From assembly GCF_035084215.1 (NCBI RefSeq), contig NC_090355.1, positions 23,312,001 to 23,376,000 on the forward strand: 64,000 nucleotides of DNA, read 5' to 3'. A model generated the notes under the pieces. That model searched no databases, had not been told where the DNA came from, and saw only the letters and a list, made by a program, of their open reading frames with translations. This DNA comes from Heptranchias perlo. Its lineage: Eukaryota. The position numbers and the translations under genes were made by a program. Positions 62,601-64,000 of this stretch are shown here, in pieces. Every line of letters starts with the position of its first letter. Position 1 is the stretch's first letter.

Positions 62601-64000
62601 CACAGTGTGATCATAGTATTATAAACCACAGTGTGATCATAGTATTATAAACCACAGTGTGATCATAGTATTATAAACCACAGTGTGATCACAGTATTGG
62701 AAACTACAGTGTGATCATAGTATTATAAATCACAGTGAGATCACAGTATTATAATCCACAGTGTGATCACATTATTAGAAACTACAGTGTGATCATAGTA
62801 TTATAAACTACAGTGTGATCATAGAATTATAAGCCACAGTGAGATCACAGTATTATAATCCACAGTGTGATCATAGTATTATAAACCACAGTGTGATCAC
62901 CGTATTATAATCCACAGTGTGATCATAGTATTATAAACCACAGTGTGATCATAGTATTATAAACCACAGTGAGATCACAGTATTATAAACCACAGTGAGA
63001 TCACAGTATTATAATCCACAGTGTGATCATAGTATTATAAACCACAGTGTGATCATAGTATTATAAACCACAGTGAGATCACAGTATTATAAACCACAGT
63101 GAGATCACAGTATTATAAACCACAGTGAGATCACAGTATTATAAACCACAGTGAGATCACAGTATTATAAACCACAGTGAGATCACAGTATTATAAACCA
63201 CAGTGTGATCATAGTATTATAAACTACTGTGTGATCATAGTATTATAAAGCACAGTGAGGTCACAGTATTATAATGCACAGTGTGATCACAGTATTATAA
63301 ACCACAGTGAGATCACAGTATTATAAACCACAGTGAGATCACAGTATTATAAACCACAGTGTGATCATAGTATTATAATCCACAGTGTGATCACAGTATT
63401 ATAATCCACAGTGTGATCATAGTATTATAAACCACAGTGTGATCATAGTATTATAAACTACAGTGTGATCATAGTATTATAAACCACAGTGAGATCACAG
63501 TATTATAAACCACAGTGAGATCACAGTATTATAAACCACAGTGAGATCACAGTATTATAAACCACAGTGTGATCATAGTATTATAATCCACAGTGTGATC
63601 ATAGTATTATAAACTACAGTGTGATCATAGTATTATAAACTACAGTGTGATCATAGTATTATAAACCACAGTGTGATCATAGTATTATAAACCACAGTGT
63701 GCTCATAGTATTATAAACCATAGTGAGATCACAGTATTATAATCCACAGTGTGATCATAGTATTATAAACTACAGTGTGATCATAGAATTATAAAACACA
63801 GTGAGATCACAGTATTATAAACCACAGTGTGATCACAGTATTATAAACCACAGTGTGCTCATAGTATTATAAACCACAGTGAGATCACAGTATTATAATC
63901 CACAGTGTGATCATAGTATTGTAAACTACAGTGTGATCATAGAATTATAAACCACAGTGTGAGCACAGTATTATAAACCACAGTGAGATCACAGTATTAT
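56660..64000 (+). repeat. 26-bp tandem satellite array (>7.3 kb, about 280 units, continues past the window)
   Basis: Unit ccacagtgtgatcacagtattataaa with variants; period 26 (gaaa at 57301 and 57327); contains the palindrome TGTGATCACA. Confidence 0.98.

Noticed and set aside
56660-64000. CRISPR-like array (palindromic short repeats)
   Set aside because: Units are head-to-tail with no unique spacers, there are no cas genes and the context is eukaryotic; it is a satellite.

Overview
Eukaryotic, repeat-dominated intergenic or intronic DNA. The repeat repertoire suggests a cartilaginous fish (shark-like); this is an inference. I recognise no intact host gene, rRNA, tRNA or CRISPR array. The window holds four decayed two-gene PIF/Harbinger transposons (HARBI1-like DDE transposase plus a convergent, spliced Myb/SANT-like gene). 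It also holds a 2.5-kb GIY-YIG Penelope-like retroelement (PLE) with an inverted terminal repeat, a 13-bp TSD and minimal hammerhead ribozymes, plus two to three short fold-back PLE insertions. Other repeats are 3' fragments of CR1-type, Tx1/L1-type and probably RTE-type LINEs, many tRNA-head SacSINE1/DeuSINE-like SINEs, several MITEs, a 35-bp minisatellite and a >7-kb 26-bp satellite running off the right edge; there is also a 164-N gap. The most notable signals are the hammerhead-bearing palindromic mini-PLEs next to a longer relative, two template-switch fold-back inversions, a (TTAGGG)3 patch inside a SINE, and a deletion shared by two Harbinger copies. I did not find a convincing wholly new biological system; most findings are variants of known mobile-element biology.
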